Positions 1 to 14,234 of a DNA stretch of 64,000 nucleotides are shown in pieces. The position numbers and the translations under genes are program-made. Under the pieces are notes generated by a model. The model was given only the letters and a program-made list of their open reading frames with translations, was not told the DNA's origin and did not search any database. Position 1 is the first letter of the stretch; each line of letters starts with the position of its first letter. The stretch comes from Microbotryum violaceum (taxonomy: Eukaryota): NCBI GenBank assembly GCA_001244265.2, contig CDLV01000018.1:620001-684000 (forward strand), in the 5' to 3' direction.

Positions 1-790
1 GACTCTGGGGAAGGCTCTGCGGTGACGTCTGTCCTGTGTTTGGGCGTGTGGGCGTGCATCGCGTGTGCGATTGCCAGTGGCTCACCCAAGCGGCCGACGA
101 CCGATGCCACAGCTCCGTCTGTGCAGGTTGTATGAGCTGGCGATGAGTGCGGTCACAAATATGACCTCTGCCACTGGCTCAGAGCGCCGAGTCAGTACGC
201 CAGGCAGGCCCAGGATGATGGATCCATTGCTTCATTAAGCACGGCGTCGACCATTCTCGACCATGTGTGATCGGCTCGCACGGGCGCGCGCGCGTTGCCG
301 CGCTGCGGTGCTCGCCGACGGTCTGCCCGCTGTCTGGCCTCGCCTACTAAGTCGCCCGCGGTCGCCGTTAAAAGCGCCAGTTCGCGACGCCGATCCTTCC
401 CCGCACGACGGGTCCTGCATGGTCATCGACGAGCCAGGACTGGTGTGGTCCGTCTGGGATAGATGCTGCTTAGGTGGGGTGCTCCACGCCCCACGCCCGG
501 CCCCTGGTCCGCGTTGCTCCCGGCCATGACGCAACGTCCATACTTGCCGCAGCTCGCCCGTTTGGGTTTTTCCGGCTCATCGCCCCTCTTGGCTTTGGTT
601 CCGGGCGGTTCCGCCCAATCTGCGCATCGCACTTCCTTTTTCATCGAAAATACGTCGCTAACAACAGTTTTGCGCTTTTTTCTACCTTGTCAGAGAATCG
701 ATTCTCAGCAACCCCTGAGGAAGTTCACCGCGCACGCGGTCGTGCGCCTCGATCGTGCTTCCTTTTCCGAAAAGGCGAAGACTCTGCGCA

Positions 791-3700
791 ATGGGGGCTT
801 CTACCGGGATGCTCGATCAGGTTGACGACGACCACGATCCGTCGTTCAAGACCGTGCAAATCGACGCCCGCGAAATTCTCGATACGTTCCCTCTCCCTCA
901 TCTCATCGTCGACCCGGCCTCGCGACTGCACTCCATCAACGCTGCCGCTCGTCATGCGCTCGGTCTGCCGCTAGTACCCGAAGATGGCGCGACGCCTCGC
1001 ATCCGGGCAGACTCCCTCTTTTGGACCACGAGCGAGATGCCCGGCTCGACTGCAACCGAGAGGCTGTTAGGCGAGCTTTTTAGGCTATCCAAGGTCGAAG
1101 CGAGTTGGGGAAGCGCGGACGCGATCGAGCTCAAAAGTACCATCGTACCTGGTTTGAGATGGGCCGCGGAAATCAAAGTTCGATCATTCACACCCAAAGG
1201 TTCGGCTGGTGCATCGTTCGAGTCGCGTTCCGCACCAGGCGCTCTCGGCCAAACCTCGTCAACCTGGTTCTCGGTCGTGCTTTTGCGGCCTCTACCTGGC
1301 CGTTTCAATGCTCGAGACGCGACAACGTCGAAATCGGCTCCGTCATTCCCCCGCCCCGCCGGTTCTCTCGCTGAAGGGAGGCGGAGGGGCAGCAGCTCAG
1401 ATCAGACTCCGACGCTGTTTGCAACCGAGTGGGTGGGAGATCCATTTGCATGGGCGATGGGCCAATCGGTCGGATGGACAGGAATTGGCGAGTCCAAAGC
1501 GATGGTCGTCGACTCGGAGGAACCGTCGTCAGAGTCTGCCTGGGCACATACGGTGCACAATCTGACTTCGATCGCGCCTTCTGCATCCGACGACGAGGAT
1601 TCTAAAGGGCTTGGGTTTCTGGTCAGCTCAACCGTGAAAGCCACACCAACGTCGTCTGCTGCTCCATCTGCGCGACCGACTATGCGCATGCATCTCTCGG
1701 CCCTCCCTGCTCCGGGCACGCCTCCTCTCTCGTCCGCTGGTACGGGTTCGTCCAAAATCTCTAGCCGCGCCTCTCTGTTGACGAACGCTGGTGCCGCGAG
1801 CTCGCCGGCCACGAGCGCGCAGTCAGCGAAACCACCCAGCATGATGGGGCCGGAATCGCCTTCGGGCTTCGGGCTTAGCAACAGTCGGACAGCCGAACCC
1901 ATTCCTGAGGCCACTCAAGCCGACGTTTCTCTTCCTGGTCCGATACTGCCAACACCAGCGCAGGAGTTTGCTGCAAAGACCGCCATGGGCGTGACCGTCT
2001 CGAGCGCGGGGATACATCTCTCGTCTTGCACTGATGGCCCACCCACCGCCGCCGCTACGATCCCGATCCCAGCACCAGCGACAAGATCGCCACTTTTCGG
2101 CAAGGTCCCTGGCGACCCCACCGTGCCTTCGTCGCCTCGACCCACCGCATTACCTCCGCCTGCTCCGAAGCCCCATGTGACACCGCCCGAGCCGTCGTTC
2201 TTGCTCAAATTCGCAGCGTTGTCGAGTCTTCCCAAGACCGGTGTCATCATCGCCGATTCGGACCTGGCTTCTGGTTTCGTCAACTCGATTGCACGCGAGC
2301 TGTTGATGGGTGTTCCGGCGGATGCAGCGACGATGTCACCAAGGCAGCCAAATTCGACCCCGTCGGCCGGCGAAAATTCGTCGTCAACTGGTGCTAGCGG
2401 CGGATCCGCGCCCGTGGCTTCCGACTCGGAGCATTTGAACGACTGGTGGTCCGCAGGTGCTTGGAGCTCGGAAGACGGGTGGTCCGCTTTCTCGTCGTCG
2501 ACTTCTTCGTCCTCCTTCTTCCCTCCTCAGCCACAGTCGATGTTCGCCGACCCTGAGAGCCCATTCGACTTTCAGGGTAGTCGCGATCTGACGCACGCGA
2601 GCATCATCGCTTCGGGCGAAGCTCGACCGACCGCACCGAATGAAGGCACCGCCGGTTCGAGCATTCGTATCGGCAAAGCCCACGAGTCGAACCGATATCG
2701 AGCTACCGTCGCAGCCATTCTGGCTCGTTCGCTTGCGTCCGACGAGAAGCGTCGCGCGAGAGCCTCACCCCGGTCGCAAAAGCTCCATACTCACGAGGGC
2801 AAGGATCCCAAAGACCGCTGGGCGATTGTCGGTGATCACGATTCGGCAGCCTTCATCGCAGCGGGGTCAAAACAGGGCAAGAAGCCGTACAAGGTCTTTG
2901 ACCACTCCTTTTCGCAGCGCATCATCGATCCGTTCGAGCCTTTACTCGAAATCTGTGCGCGTCGCGGAGAGTACCCGACACCCTACGCCGAGGATGAAGA
3001 TGGTGAAGACGATGGTGGTGCGACGTCGGGTATGATCGTCGGCATCGAAGTCGAGGTCTGGGAGTCGGCCTCGGAGCTCAAGAACGGTTCGTTCGTCACT
3101 TCGAATTCGGCCGCGAGGAAGAAGCGCGTTAGGCGGCGGTTGGTCGAGATCTCGGCCGCCCCCATATTTGCGCCCTGCACGTCAAAAGGGAAGAACAGTG
3201 GCAAGCAGCATTTAGGCGGTGTTCTTCTGCTTCGCGATGTGACGGACGACGGGAAGCGTCGAGCCGGAGGTTGGGGACTCAAGGATGCGAGCAAGAAAAA
3301 GAAGAAGAGCGATGGCGACGCTTACTACAAACAGGTAAATCAAGCTCGGTCGAAATCGGTTATTAAATCGAGCGGGTATCTCACTGACTTGCTTTCCTCG
3401 TCCAGATCGTCGATTCGATGCCTCAACTCGTATGGACGACCAGTGTCAAGGGTTCTCATACGTATTTCAACCAGCAGTGGTACGCTTACACCAACTTGGA
3501 GCCCGAGCAATCTCTGGGCGTTGGGTGGCAAAATCCGTTCCACGAAGGTAAGTCCCTGGTCATTACACTGACCCGGATGCGCTCAAGCTGAGCCGAAGCT
3601 GACCGAAATCCCTCTTACGGATGTCACTAGACGACATGCCTGCCGCTTTGGCGCAATGGACGCACTCGCTCGAGACGGGAGACCCTTACTCCGTCGAATA

Positions 3701-5855
3701 CCGTTGCCGAAGGGGTGACGGTGCTTGGCGATGGATGCTCGGTCGAGCACTGCCGTTGCGGGATGCCGATGGCGAGATCCAAAGCTGGTTCGGAACATGC
3801 ACGGATGTCGATGAATTCGTCAATGTGAGTAGCGCGAAGATAGCAGGAGTGCGTTACTCCCTCAGGAGCTGGAATGACCGACAGCCATATTCGATCCGTT
3901 TCCAGATCCGAACAGAGCTCTCCAAGACGCAAGAACAGTTCAAAGCGACCCTCGAAGGAGCCGATGTGATCATCTTGGCGATCGACGCGAGTTGGCACTG
4001 CACCTTCTTCCAAGGGTCACACCGTGGTGCGATCGTCAAAAACATTCCGGACGGTATCATCGAGGGCAAGAGCATCAAGGAGTTGTGGCCCGACTGGCCC
4101 TTGTACGAAAAATGTGAGAGCGTCATGAAAGGCAAAGCCCCGCGAGAAGAACTCGAATGGACGCCCGCTCGTGCCAAAGACCAAAACGCGTTCTATCGTT
4201 GCCTCATCACGCCGCTGACGGAGAAACTGCCAGACGGGACGCAAAAGATCACGGGATGTATCATCGTCGCGACCGACGTCACCGACATGCGTATCGCGCA
4301 AGAACAACTACGCGAATCGTACGAAGAGAGGGCCAAGCTGCTCGCCTCAGAAACGGCCGCTATCGAGGCGTCCAGGCTCAAGACCGAATTCGTTGCCAAC
4401 ACATCGCATGGTGAGTTCTCTGTAGCTAGAATGCAATTTTTGTATGTCAGTGGATCACGGTGCTGATATCGTCGTTCGCGAACACAGAAACCCGCACGCC
4501 TGTTGCAGGTATCATTGGCCTTGCCGAGCTGCTGCTCGACGATCCCACCCTCCCCGAGCAGCACCGCTCCTCGGTCGCGAAGATCATGCGCTCCGGCGAG
4601 ATCCTTCTCGAAATGATTGGTATGGTGCTCGACATGGGCAAGGTCGAAGCCGGTCGACTCGATCTTGAACATCGACCCTTCACCATCGATGAAATCCTGA
4701 ATGACGCTCGCATGTTCTCCACCTCGGCCGAGAAGAAGGGACTCGCGTTTAAGGAGCAGATCGGGCCCTATTACCACGGGACCGTGCTCGGTGACATGCC
4801 GCGTCTGCGCCAAGTCTTGGCGAACGTGCTGTCGAACGCGATCAAGTTCACCAAGAAAGGCTGCATCACGATGTCTCTGGAACAGGAACAAGAGACGGAG
4901 AGTCACGTTCAGATCCGCATCGAGGTTCAAGACACCGGTGTCGGCATCAAGAAGGATGCGATCCCGTTGTTGTTCAAGCCTTTTCATCAGGCCGATGCAT
5001 CAACTGCTCGACAATTCGGTGGAACGGGTCTGGGACTTTGCATCGCCAAGAATGTGAGTCAAGGACTTCGGAAATGCCCGGAAACCGAAACTGACCTCTT
5101 GATTTCTCGCAAAGCTTCTCGCGCTCATGGGTGGCACCATCGACCTCTCGAGCGAGTTCGGAGTCGGAACGAAAATGACGGTCGTTGTCCCTCTCGAGAA
5201 GGCGCCGGACGCCACGACCGAGGATGCGACCCCACTCGCGGAGCCGGGAGCCGACCTTGTCCGAGAAAATGTTTGGATTCTCGTCACCGATGACAACGAG
5301 CTCAACCGTGAGATTATCACCAAGACTCTGACCAAGATGCGTTTCAACGTTGTGTCGGCGTCAAATGGGCTCGATGCGATCGAGGCTGTGCAACGACGTC
5401 AGTTCGACCTCATTCTCATGGACGGTCAAATGGACACGATGGACGGGTACGAAGCGACGCAACGGATTCGGCAAATGTCGGACCCGAGGCTGAACCGGAT
5501 CAAGATCATCGCCCTCACGGCCTCGGCGATCCAAGGTGATGAGGAGCGTTGCTTGCGTGCCGGCATGAACGGATACCTCGCCAAGCCCGTGCGTGCTCGG
5601 GTCCTTGAAGCGACTATTCTCAAGCATCTCGCCAGACCTCCCCCTCCCCCGACGTTGAGTCGTCGCACGAGCAGCTCTACAAGTCCCGGCATTGAAACGG
5701 CGCAGTTGTTGTCCTTCGATTTCCCCGACATGATCCCGGAGGCTACGTCGATCTCGGCGACCGAGACCCAAAGCGTTCCTCGTCGACGACCGAGCCACCC
5801 CTCCTATAGTATCGCCGCAGTGCCCAACAATGGACCTCCTTTGGGCCCTATGTAA
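791..5855 (+). CDS. Hybrid sensor histidine kinase (several PAS/PAC domains, HisKA, HATPase_c, receiver), 6 exons
   Basis: GT-AG introns 3335-3405, 3548-3630, 3825-3905, 4411-4487 and 5054-5114 join the ORFs in frame. PAS IVDSMPQLVWTT...WRWMLGRALPLRD; H-box FVANTSHE|TRTP; N box RLRQVLANVLSNAIKFT; G boxes DTGVGI and GGTGLGL; receiver DLILMDGQM...KP. Start is ATG 791 or 809. Confidence 0.95.
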
Positions 5856-7112
5856 GCCACCTGGAGCAGTCCCTGTATCTGTATCACTATCATCGACGCG
5901 CTCGCCTCGGAAATTTCATTACGGACGACGAGCCGGAAGCGGAAGAGGACGATGCAGACAAACACTCTGTATTATGGAAGCATTATATACATACTATACA
6001 TACACATATGGGTTTTGGTACTATTCCGACCTTTGGTTACAGCATGCTTTTCTTTGTTTTGCTCCGACACCATGCCTCGACATAGCTTCTGCCTAGTCGT
6101 CGTAGATAGGCTGGTTGAATAACGCATTTATTTTATTGTTTGAGATCATTCACTGAGAGAGCTTCCTGAGGGCCCATCAATTCCGAAGGCTGCTGCTCAA
6201 TCGATCGAGTACAGGGGCCGAGCCCTTCGGACCGCGTTGGATCAGTCAGCCGGTCAGCGCCGGCGCCTGGCAAATGCGTGCCCGATTGGCAGCAGGCCCG
6301 GATTCTTCTCCATTGCTTCAACGTCAACATCGATTGCTTTCTACAGGCTTCGAGCCATCTCGTTCATGCAAAGTCGGTAATCGAGTGCAGCAAGGTTAGA
6401 TGGCTAGAAACATGAGTCGACGCCGTCACTGAAAGGTCGGTTGCTATTGTTGGCGACTCTTATTGGGAGCCGGCGAAGGAGCCGGCCTTGCAATTCGCGC
6501 AATTCGGAGTCTCAGCGCTGCAGTGGCGGCCTGGCAGTGAAAGTAAATAGGTACCTAGGAAGGCATAGGACCCGAAGTGTACACCAAGGACATGTACCAA
6601 AAAGGTGAAGCACACACAGCCTGAAATTTGTGGTAGAGCGCCATCAATAAGGAGCCCAATGGTGACGGGCGGACGATCGACGACGAAAATCCGAATAGGC
6701 GCAGGGCGACCTGCAGTGGGAGTCAAGTTGAATCATGGAGGCAAATGCCTATCCCCGCAACGCTGAAACTCGATGGATAAAGGGAATGCAGACTCAACAC
6801 CTGGTCAGTCAGCATAGGTGCTTGGGTCTCTGCAATCCGGAGGCCCGAGTCGTCAGCGCGTCAGCCATGAGCATTCGAATCGGGCATTCACGGCCGAGAG
6901 CGTGCGCGGCCGCGCCCAATCGCGAATTCGAAGTCAGCGCCGAATTCTGAATAGGTGCGAGGATCCGAACAACATGGAACGCGGGTATCGGGGAGTGTGC
7001 CGGACGCCCTCCACATTGGAACAGGCTCCCGCTGGTAGCGGCGGACTAGCTTGGCCTTGAGAATTTAACCTCCTCTTTACTTCTTCCTTCCCTACCTGCC
7101 CACACACCCAAA

Positions 7113-9783
7113 ATGTCTCGACCGGATTCACTACACGACACCCTGAACGACCGCGACGCCCGGGAATATCACTCGCGCGTGGGCGGCCAGATCGACGCGA
7201 CGACGGAAGGCCTCGAGGCCGCTGCTGGAGTCGATGGCCCGGCCATCACTGGCCAAGAGCTGGACACCTCGCCACAAGCCACGGCAACGGAGGATAAGCT
7301 CGCTCCTACTGCGGTGGATGAGTCAACAATCTTAACTGGTTCGTTCTCTTTTGCGTGTGGGCTCGGGTTCAGCCCCGCGTTCGCTCGGAGGCCGCGAGCT
7401 CCTCTCCCCTGCCTGGCTGAGCGCTGACCAATGAACATCGTCCGCCGTTTGCCCCGTCGCCGTCCGTCGTCCGCCGCTGGTCGCGTGTGTTCGCCCCTAA
7501 CAGGAAAAAAGCTCGCCATTGTCTTCGTGTCGATGCTTTTGTCCATTTTCCTGATTGCTTTGGACCAGAGTGAGTACTCGCTCGCCTGTCCCGACCCTCA
7601 TCCGCAAGGGTATCCGTGAAGGGTTGAAGATCATCGCCACGCGTTTGCGAACGATGTCGGAGCTGTGTTGCTTGGAGTCGGCTTTCGAGCAAGCACACAG
7701 GAGCAGGAACTAATTGGCGACCGTCTTGCACTTCATTCCTTCTCTTGCATTTCACAGCCATCCTTGCCACGGCTCTCCCGAGGGTAAGCTCCGGCACTCC
7801 TATTCAGCCGCGAATTAACTATGCTGATTCCTCCTTCACCGCTCCCCTACTCTAGATCGCTTCTGATTTCAAGGCGTTCAACTTGCAAGGATGGGTCAGC
7901 TCTGCTTTCATCCTGACGCGTACGTTGGCGTTATTCGGAAGTTGTTGTTACTCCCTGACCAAAGCAAATTCCCATTCCTGTCTGACAGAGACTGGATTTC
8001 TGCTGCCCAGTGGACAACTTTTGCGAGTCTGGCCAGCAAGTGAGTTGCGCTTCTTCCTTCTCCTCTTGCCCTCTTGTTTGTATCTCAGAGAGTCAGTGGA
8101 TGCGGAGAAGAACACTGACCTATCGAATATATGTCACGACCCAAAAGAGCACTGCCTCCTTATCGCCATCGTCTTGTTCGAGGTCGGGTCAGCGCTTTGT
8201 GCTGGGGCGCCAAACGTCTACGCCCTGATCGTCGGCCGGGCCATCAGTGGTGTCGGGGCCGCGGGGATCTTCACCTCAATGCTCCAAATCCTCGCTCAGG
8301 TGACCCGTCTTGAGGACCGCCCGCGCTTGTTCGGTTTCTTCGGTGCCGTCTTCGGGCTTTCCTCGGTCATCGGCCCTCTGATGGGTGGTGCTCTTACGGA
8401 CTCATCGACGTACGGGTGGCGCTTTTGCTTCGTTTTGAACATCCCAGTCGGTGCTGTGACTTTCACTGCGGTCACCTTCATGCTCAAGGCGTCGCCGCCA
8501 CTCGGCGCCAAACCCGACGAGACCACCATGAAGGCGCGCATTCGCAACACGGGACGCATGGACTGGGTCGGCGCGACGCTTCTTTTCGCCGCCATCACGT
8601 GTCTCGTCCTCGCCTTGCAATGGGGCGGCAACACTAAGCCCTGGAACAGCGGCTCGGTAATCGCGTGTCTCGTGGTCGCGGTCGTCTTGGGCGCGGCCTC
8701 CATCCTTTGGCAGAGCTGGCTTGGCGATCGGGCAATGGTCCCCGGCAAAGTGTTCAAGAGTCTTTCCATCTTCGCCATCTGTGGATATTCGTTCACTACC
8801 CGATTCGCCCTCCTCATTTTCACCTACTACCTCCCCCTCTTCTACCAAGCTGGTCGCGATCACACCGCGACAAAGTCGGGAATCGACATCCTGCCCTTCA
8901 TGCTCGGCGTAGTGATCAGTGTCATCCTTGGAGGCCAGATCGTGGCACGTATCGGGCGCTACTGGCCTTTCCTCGTCATCGGTCCCGTCTTCATGTCGAT
9001 CGGATCTGGCCTCATGTATACCATTAGTGTTTCGACGCCGAGTCCGACGTTGATCGGTTTTCAGATCCTCGCCGGTATCGGTGTTGGTCTTTCGATGCAA
9101 AACAGTCTGCTGGCGATGCAAGCCGAGTTCAAGGATAACCCGAAATTGGTCGCCCAAGCGTGAGTTTGTTCATTCTCTTCCTCGGAATGTGTGACTGTGT
9201 ACTGACATGTATACCGTCGTTTAAGAACGAGTATGGCGTCGTTTTCGCAATTCCTCGGAGGCACGATCGGTCTCGCGGTCGGGCAAGCCGCCTTCTCGTC
9301 GCGGTTGTCAGCCAACTTGCGTCAATACGCACCGACGGCCCCTGCGTCCGTGATTGAGCGATCACCATTGGCGATCTACACCGCGATTGAAGCTAGAATC
9401 AGGCCAGATGTCATCAAGGCCTACGTCAAAGCGCTTGACATTGGTCAGTTTCCTTTTGCTCGCGCTCGCCCCGCACTGGCGCGACCTATCTCCGATCCAC
9501 TGCAGATTGCTGACGGGACCTTCTCTTGACTCTCAGTACAGTGTTTATCCTCGGTGTGCCTTTTGGTGTGCTCGCACTCCTTTTGTCGCTGCTGATCAAG
9601 AACATTGACATCCGAGCGCCCAAAGCCGATGCCAAACCCAAGGACGAGGAGGAAGGCGCTGCCACTGCGCATGCCGAGACGGCCTCGTCGCCGGAGAAGA
9701 TCGCGCAAAAGGTCGACACCGTGTCGGACGACGGACAGCACGCCGGTGCCGATTCAGAGAAGAGGCTGTCTTCGGAAGCATAG
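7113..9783 (+). CDS. MFS drug:H+ antiporter, DHA2 (14-TM) efflux family, multi-exon
   Basis: Spliced peptide has FLIALDQTILATALPRIASDF, LIVGRAISGVGAAG, VIGPLMGGALTD, WRFCFVLNIPVG, ALQWGG..PWNS. Introns include 7339-7503, 7570-7757, 7784-7855, 7920-7988, 8040-8147, plus two near 9160 and 9444. Confidence 0.93.
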
Positions 9784-10264
9784 AATCGGGTTGAAGTGGT
9801 GAGGGGCCTTCTCAACAATTTGTTTTGGAAACCATAGAGATGGGGATTATTGTGTATAGCGTTTACGAGGTGTCGATCGTACGCCGACTCACTCTGGGCT
9901 CGAGCCTACTAGAGCCACGAGGAGTCGCGCACAGATCTGCTGCAAATGATGCTCTGTAACCAGTGGACTAGTGAATACCCGTCTTCAATCTCGTGCCGAT
10001 AACAGTGGAACACGATGTCTCAAGGTTTTCGAGCTCTATGAATTGCAGTGGGAGGTGATGCGTGAATGTTGGGAGTAACCTAGTAAACTATGGGCCTGCG
10101 CTGGCACTGGTGAAAGGAAATCCGCCAGCCCGCTCGCCGCCTTCACGCCGGGGCTCGAGCTCGTTGTTCTCCGGCGCCAAACACCTCGAGCGACACCCGA
10201 GAGTACAGACCCTTCCTAACGCCCTCGGTCCATCAGTGCCGCGTCTATATTGGGAGAATAATCA

Positions 10265-13200
10265 ATGGTGAGCTCGGTTGCTACACCCTACTTACGTACT
10301 GCGACTGTGAAGTGCGTGCAGCATCCGGGAATGCCGGGCTGCGTTCGGTCCAGTGGCCGGCTACTCGCAATGTCACGAGCCATCACTCAGCTCAGCCTCA
10401 GCGGAGCACGGAGCACGGTCGTCGCACCGCGCGCGCACACGCAGCTCAACTGCACAGCGAGCTGACCATCCATCGATTCCCGGGTGACTTTCCTGCGTGA
10501 CTCACTACATCCAGAGACGCATCTTTGGAGGTGCGACGGGCGCGAATGGGCCTCCTAGCTCGTCCTCATCGTCGGATAACCTCACCTCGTCGCCCAACGG
10601 TCAACCAAGCCATGGCAATCACAACAACAACAACAACAGCCACAACACCGGAACGGGCTCAGGTTCTGGCTTTGGCACGGGAACAGGCTCCGGATCGGGG
10701 ACCCACTTGGAATCCATCATGGTCAACCATTCTACGAACAACAACGAGTTGCGGCAATCCAACCTCGACGATGGATCCGACTTTAAGAAGGCTGGCGGAG
10801 GTGGGGGTTGGTTTGGTGGGGCGTTTGGCGAAGGCAGCACTAGTGCCAACGCGCAGGGGCAAGGCCACGAATACGGTGCAAACCCCAACAGCAACAGCAA
10901 CAGCAACAACTTCAATTCGAGCCTTGGCGCGGGGAGCAACAATACACGAAACTACGCTTCGCCACCGACGACAACGGGTCTGGCCTCGCCCTACCATGGC
11001 GCAACACGATCCCACGATGCGGGCGGGATCTCGCCTATCTCTCCACCCTACGATTCGGGTGCCGCTGCTTTCGGCCCTCAAGCTGCGAGTGACGACCTAG
11101 AGGATCTGAAACTCCCTTTTGGAGGGAGGAGTACGCCAAGATCACCTTCGACCAGGAATGTCCACACCCGATCGTCGAGCCAGGCATCGTCGATCCTTTT
11201 GCAAAACTCGACCAACGGTCCCTCGTCGAGTCGACCTTTCTCACCTCTTGGTATGAGTCAACCTTCGCTCTCCGTTTCGGTCGGCTCAGGCTTGACGACG
11301 GCACCGGATGTCAAAGACAAGATCATGATCGATTTGCTGAGTGGTCAAGCCGTCGTCGAGACCAAGGACTTTCCCATCCTGGGTTGGGAGGAGATGCAGG
11401 ACGTGAAGAAGGTGGGTTTCATCGTGCATCGGAGGATACTTTGAGTGTACATTGGCTAACTCAGCGTCTGTGGTGCTTAGGAACATGCTGTTTTGGCTAT
11501 CAAGATCGCTTCTTTGTCGAGATCGCTCGCGCTTGAGACCCGACTACGTGATTCAGCGGCCAAGCTCGTCCGACTATCGAGTCCGATTCCGATTCCAGGA
11601 TCACCGACCCCGGCCTCGGCTTCAGGGTCCGATGCGTCGAATCGTGCTCGCGTGACGAAAGCACAGGCCGAGTCCCAGGTGCAACAGGCGAACGAAAAGA
11701 TTGAATCAATCCAAACCGAGTTGTACAAAGTCGGGTGGAAGGAGGCCGAGTCGAGAACCAAGCTTCTACGGCATATGGCGGGTGTGCTCGGACTGGCGAT
11801 GAGGAGGAAAGAAGAAGAAGAGCGGGGTTCGTCACAGACGCCTTTGTCGGGGCCTCGGGGCTTGCATTCACAGGCTACGTCCGTAGGGAGGGATCAACAA
11901 CGCTCAAGTTCACCTTTTGGATGCCCCACCAAATCGCGCTTCGATGGCCATTCATTCTTTGCCGGGAACAAGGAAGCCATCCTTCCCGGTCCGTCGACGA
12001 GGAGTTCACCCTATGCCTCGCCGAACTTGTCCGCATCGAACAATGGCCAATTCGTCGTCGCAGGAGCGGATACTTCCCATGCCGCGGTCAGGGATTTGGA
12101 GACCCAGGTCGCAGGGTTGCAGCGCGCACTCAACGAGCAGAGGGATCGACCGATCCAGCAGGTCGACTCGGCCCAGTTGCGAGAGTTGCAAGAAGAGGTT
12201 ACGCAAGCACGAGCGGCCGAGCGGTGGGCGAGGGATGAGCATACCCAGACTCGGAATGAGCTCGACAGACACCTCATGGAGCTGAGCTCGATCAAGAATA
12301 GTCATGGATCGCTGCAGCGAGAACTGGAGCAGACGAAGCAGGGTCAAGGGCAAGGGGAGGATGCTCAAAGGGAACTCGAGCGGTTACGTCAAGAGATCGA
12401 CGAGATGACAGACAAGATGCAAGAGCTCGAGCAAGAGTTGAATGATTTGGAGGAACGAGCCGTCGCGAGCGATCGAAGGGTCACGGACGTCGAGGGATTG
12501 CTGGAAGACATGAAGATCAAGCATGCTCACGAGATGCAGAGGGCACAAGGCGATCTGCAAGTCGCGAAGGAAGAGGCTGAAAGAGCACGACTCGCGGTAG
12601 CGAGGGTTCCAACGCCGAATGGGACGGAGGAGGAGGAACAACGCTTGCGCGACGAGGTCGTGTCGATGCGGTCGGAGCGAACCAAGATCTCGCAAACGCT
12701 CGCCGACGTCCTGCAACGCCATCGGGCACATGCCAACAGCTTGGGCACCGAATTGCCCAAGGACTTTGACGAGACCGCGGTCGATCATCACGATGATTGG
12801 TCTGGATATGTTGCATCTTCTTTGGGCGACCACTTTGATCACATTACGTCGCACGCAACGGCCGTCTCGGACGAGCTGTCGCTGGCACGGTTGGCCCAAG
12901 AAAACTCGGCAAATGACCTCGAGGGCGAGTTGCGCCAGACGCAAGAGCATCGCGATCATTGGCAGGACGAGGCGGAGCAACATCGACTGGCGAGGGAGCA
13001 GCTCGAAGTCGAGCACGACGACTTGAAAGCCACGGTGCAAGGTCACGAGGAGCGCCTGGCCTCACTCGCTTTGACGCACCAAGAATTGGAGGTCTCGGCG
13101 GAAGAGAAGGAACATTTGCGTGCGCAGCTCGAGCAAGCGCACGGACGCATCACCGAGCTCGAGAAACAGATTGCCGATCATGACGCGACGCAGGCCGCTT

Positions 13201-14048
13201 TGAAGAAGTTGTGGCAGTCTCTCCCCGCCATCGACACCCGGCGCCGAGCTGGCGACTCGCATGATTTGGCCACCCTCAAGGCTGCTTTCGACCCTTCGCA
13301 GAGCTTGGGGGATTCTTCGGCGCAATTCTCGATCGATGCGCTCGTCGAACGTGTCCGCGCTCTGCTCACCGACGATGCCAAGTTGGTCGAGACTTTGATG
13401 AAGATCGAGAGCGGCACTGCAAGTGCACAACAGGAGGTCGAGACTCACCGCTCCAATGCCGAGCGATACCAGAATTTGGCCGAGCAGCACTCAACGAACT
13501 TGACGGTCACACAGAGCAAGGTCAAGGACTTGGAGGAGCGGATTGAGGTGTCGTCCCAGCAAGCGGTGACGATGCTGGAGAGATTGAATGACCTGACCGA
13601 GTCTTTGGAGTCGACGAGGGCTGAGAGGCGCAAGCTCGAGACGGCGGGCAAAGGGTTGGAAGGGCAGGTCGAAGCCGCGGAGGAAGAGAAAAATCGATTA
13701 GCAGCGATCGTGGTTGGGTTGAAGGAGGAGAACCGCGCGATGAAGGAACGGCCCGATCATACAGCCAAGTTGGCTTCGCTGGAGAACACGGTGCAGGACT
13801 TGAAGGACCAGTTGACCGATCTGGAGGAGGAGCTCGAGGATACCAAGAAGCGGGAGCAAAAGACGAGGGGCCAGTTGTTGGAGGAACTCAATGCAGCACA
13901 AGCGGTGAGTCGGGGCGCAAAGACCATGCTAACACGTGCGATTGATCACTGATGTGGAAGCTTGCCCCACTTTGGATGTGTGCAGGAAGTGTCGGCTTTG
14001 CGGACCAAATTGCGCCAAGCGGAACGGAAAGCGAGCAAAACAGTATGA
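10265..14048 (+). CDS. Uds1 (up-regulated during septation)-domain protein with long coiled coil
   Basis: DLLSGQAVVETKDFPILGWEEMQDVKKEH...SLALETRLRDSAAKL resembles the fungal Uds1 domain, followed by several hundred aa of E/Q/L/R heptads. Introns 10268-10514, about 11412-11480, and 13905-13985. Confidence 0.8.
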
Positions 14049-14234
14049 TGTGATGTTGATTTCTTGGATCTTGAATTCATATACTGTTGGGATGATCACA
14101 ATTGGGGGTGACTCATGTTGTAATGTACGATCGGAACCGTGATTGCCTGCCGAGCCGCGAGTACTGCGAGTGATTCCGAGGGAGAGGCGGTCCGAGCGGC
14201 ACGAGCGTCGTCTGCGTCGGCCAAGTCGCGCCGC

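Noticed and set aside
791..5855. Bacterial origin or contamination for the two-component kinase
   Set aside because: It has five spliceosomal introns, and hybrid kinases are normal in fungi.
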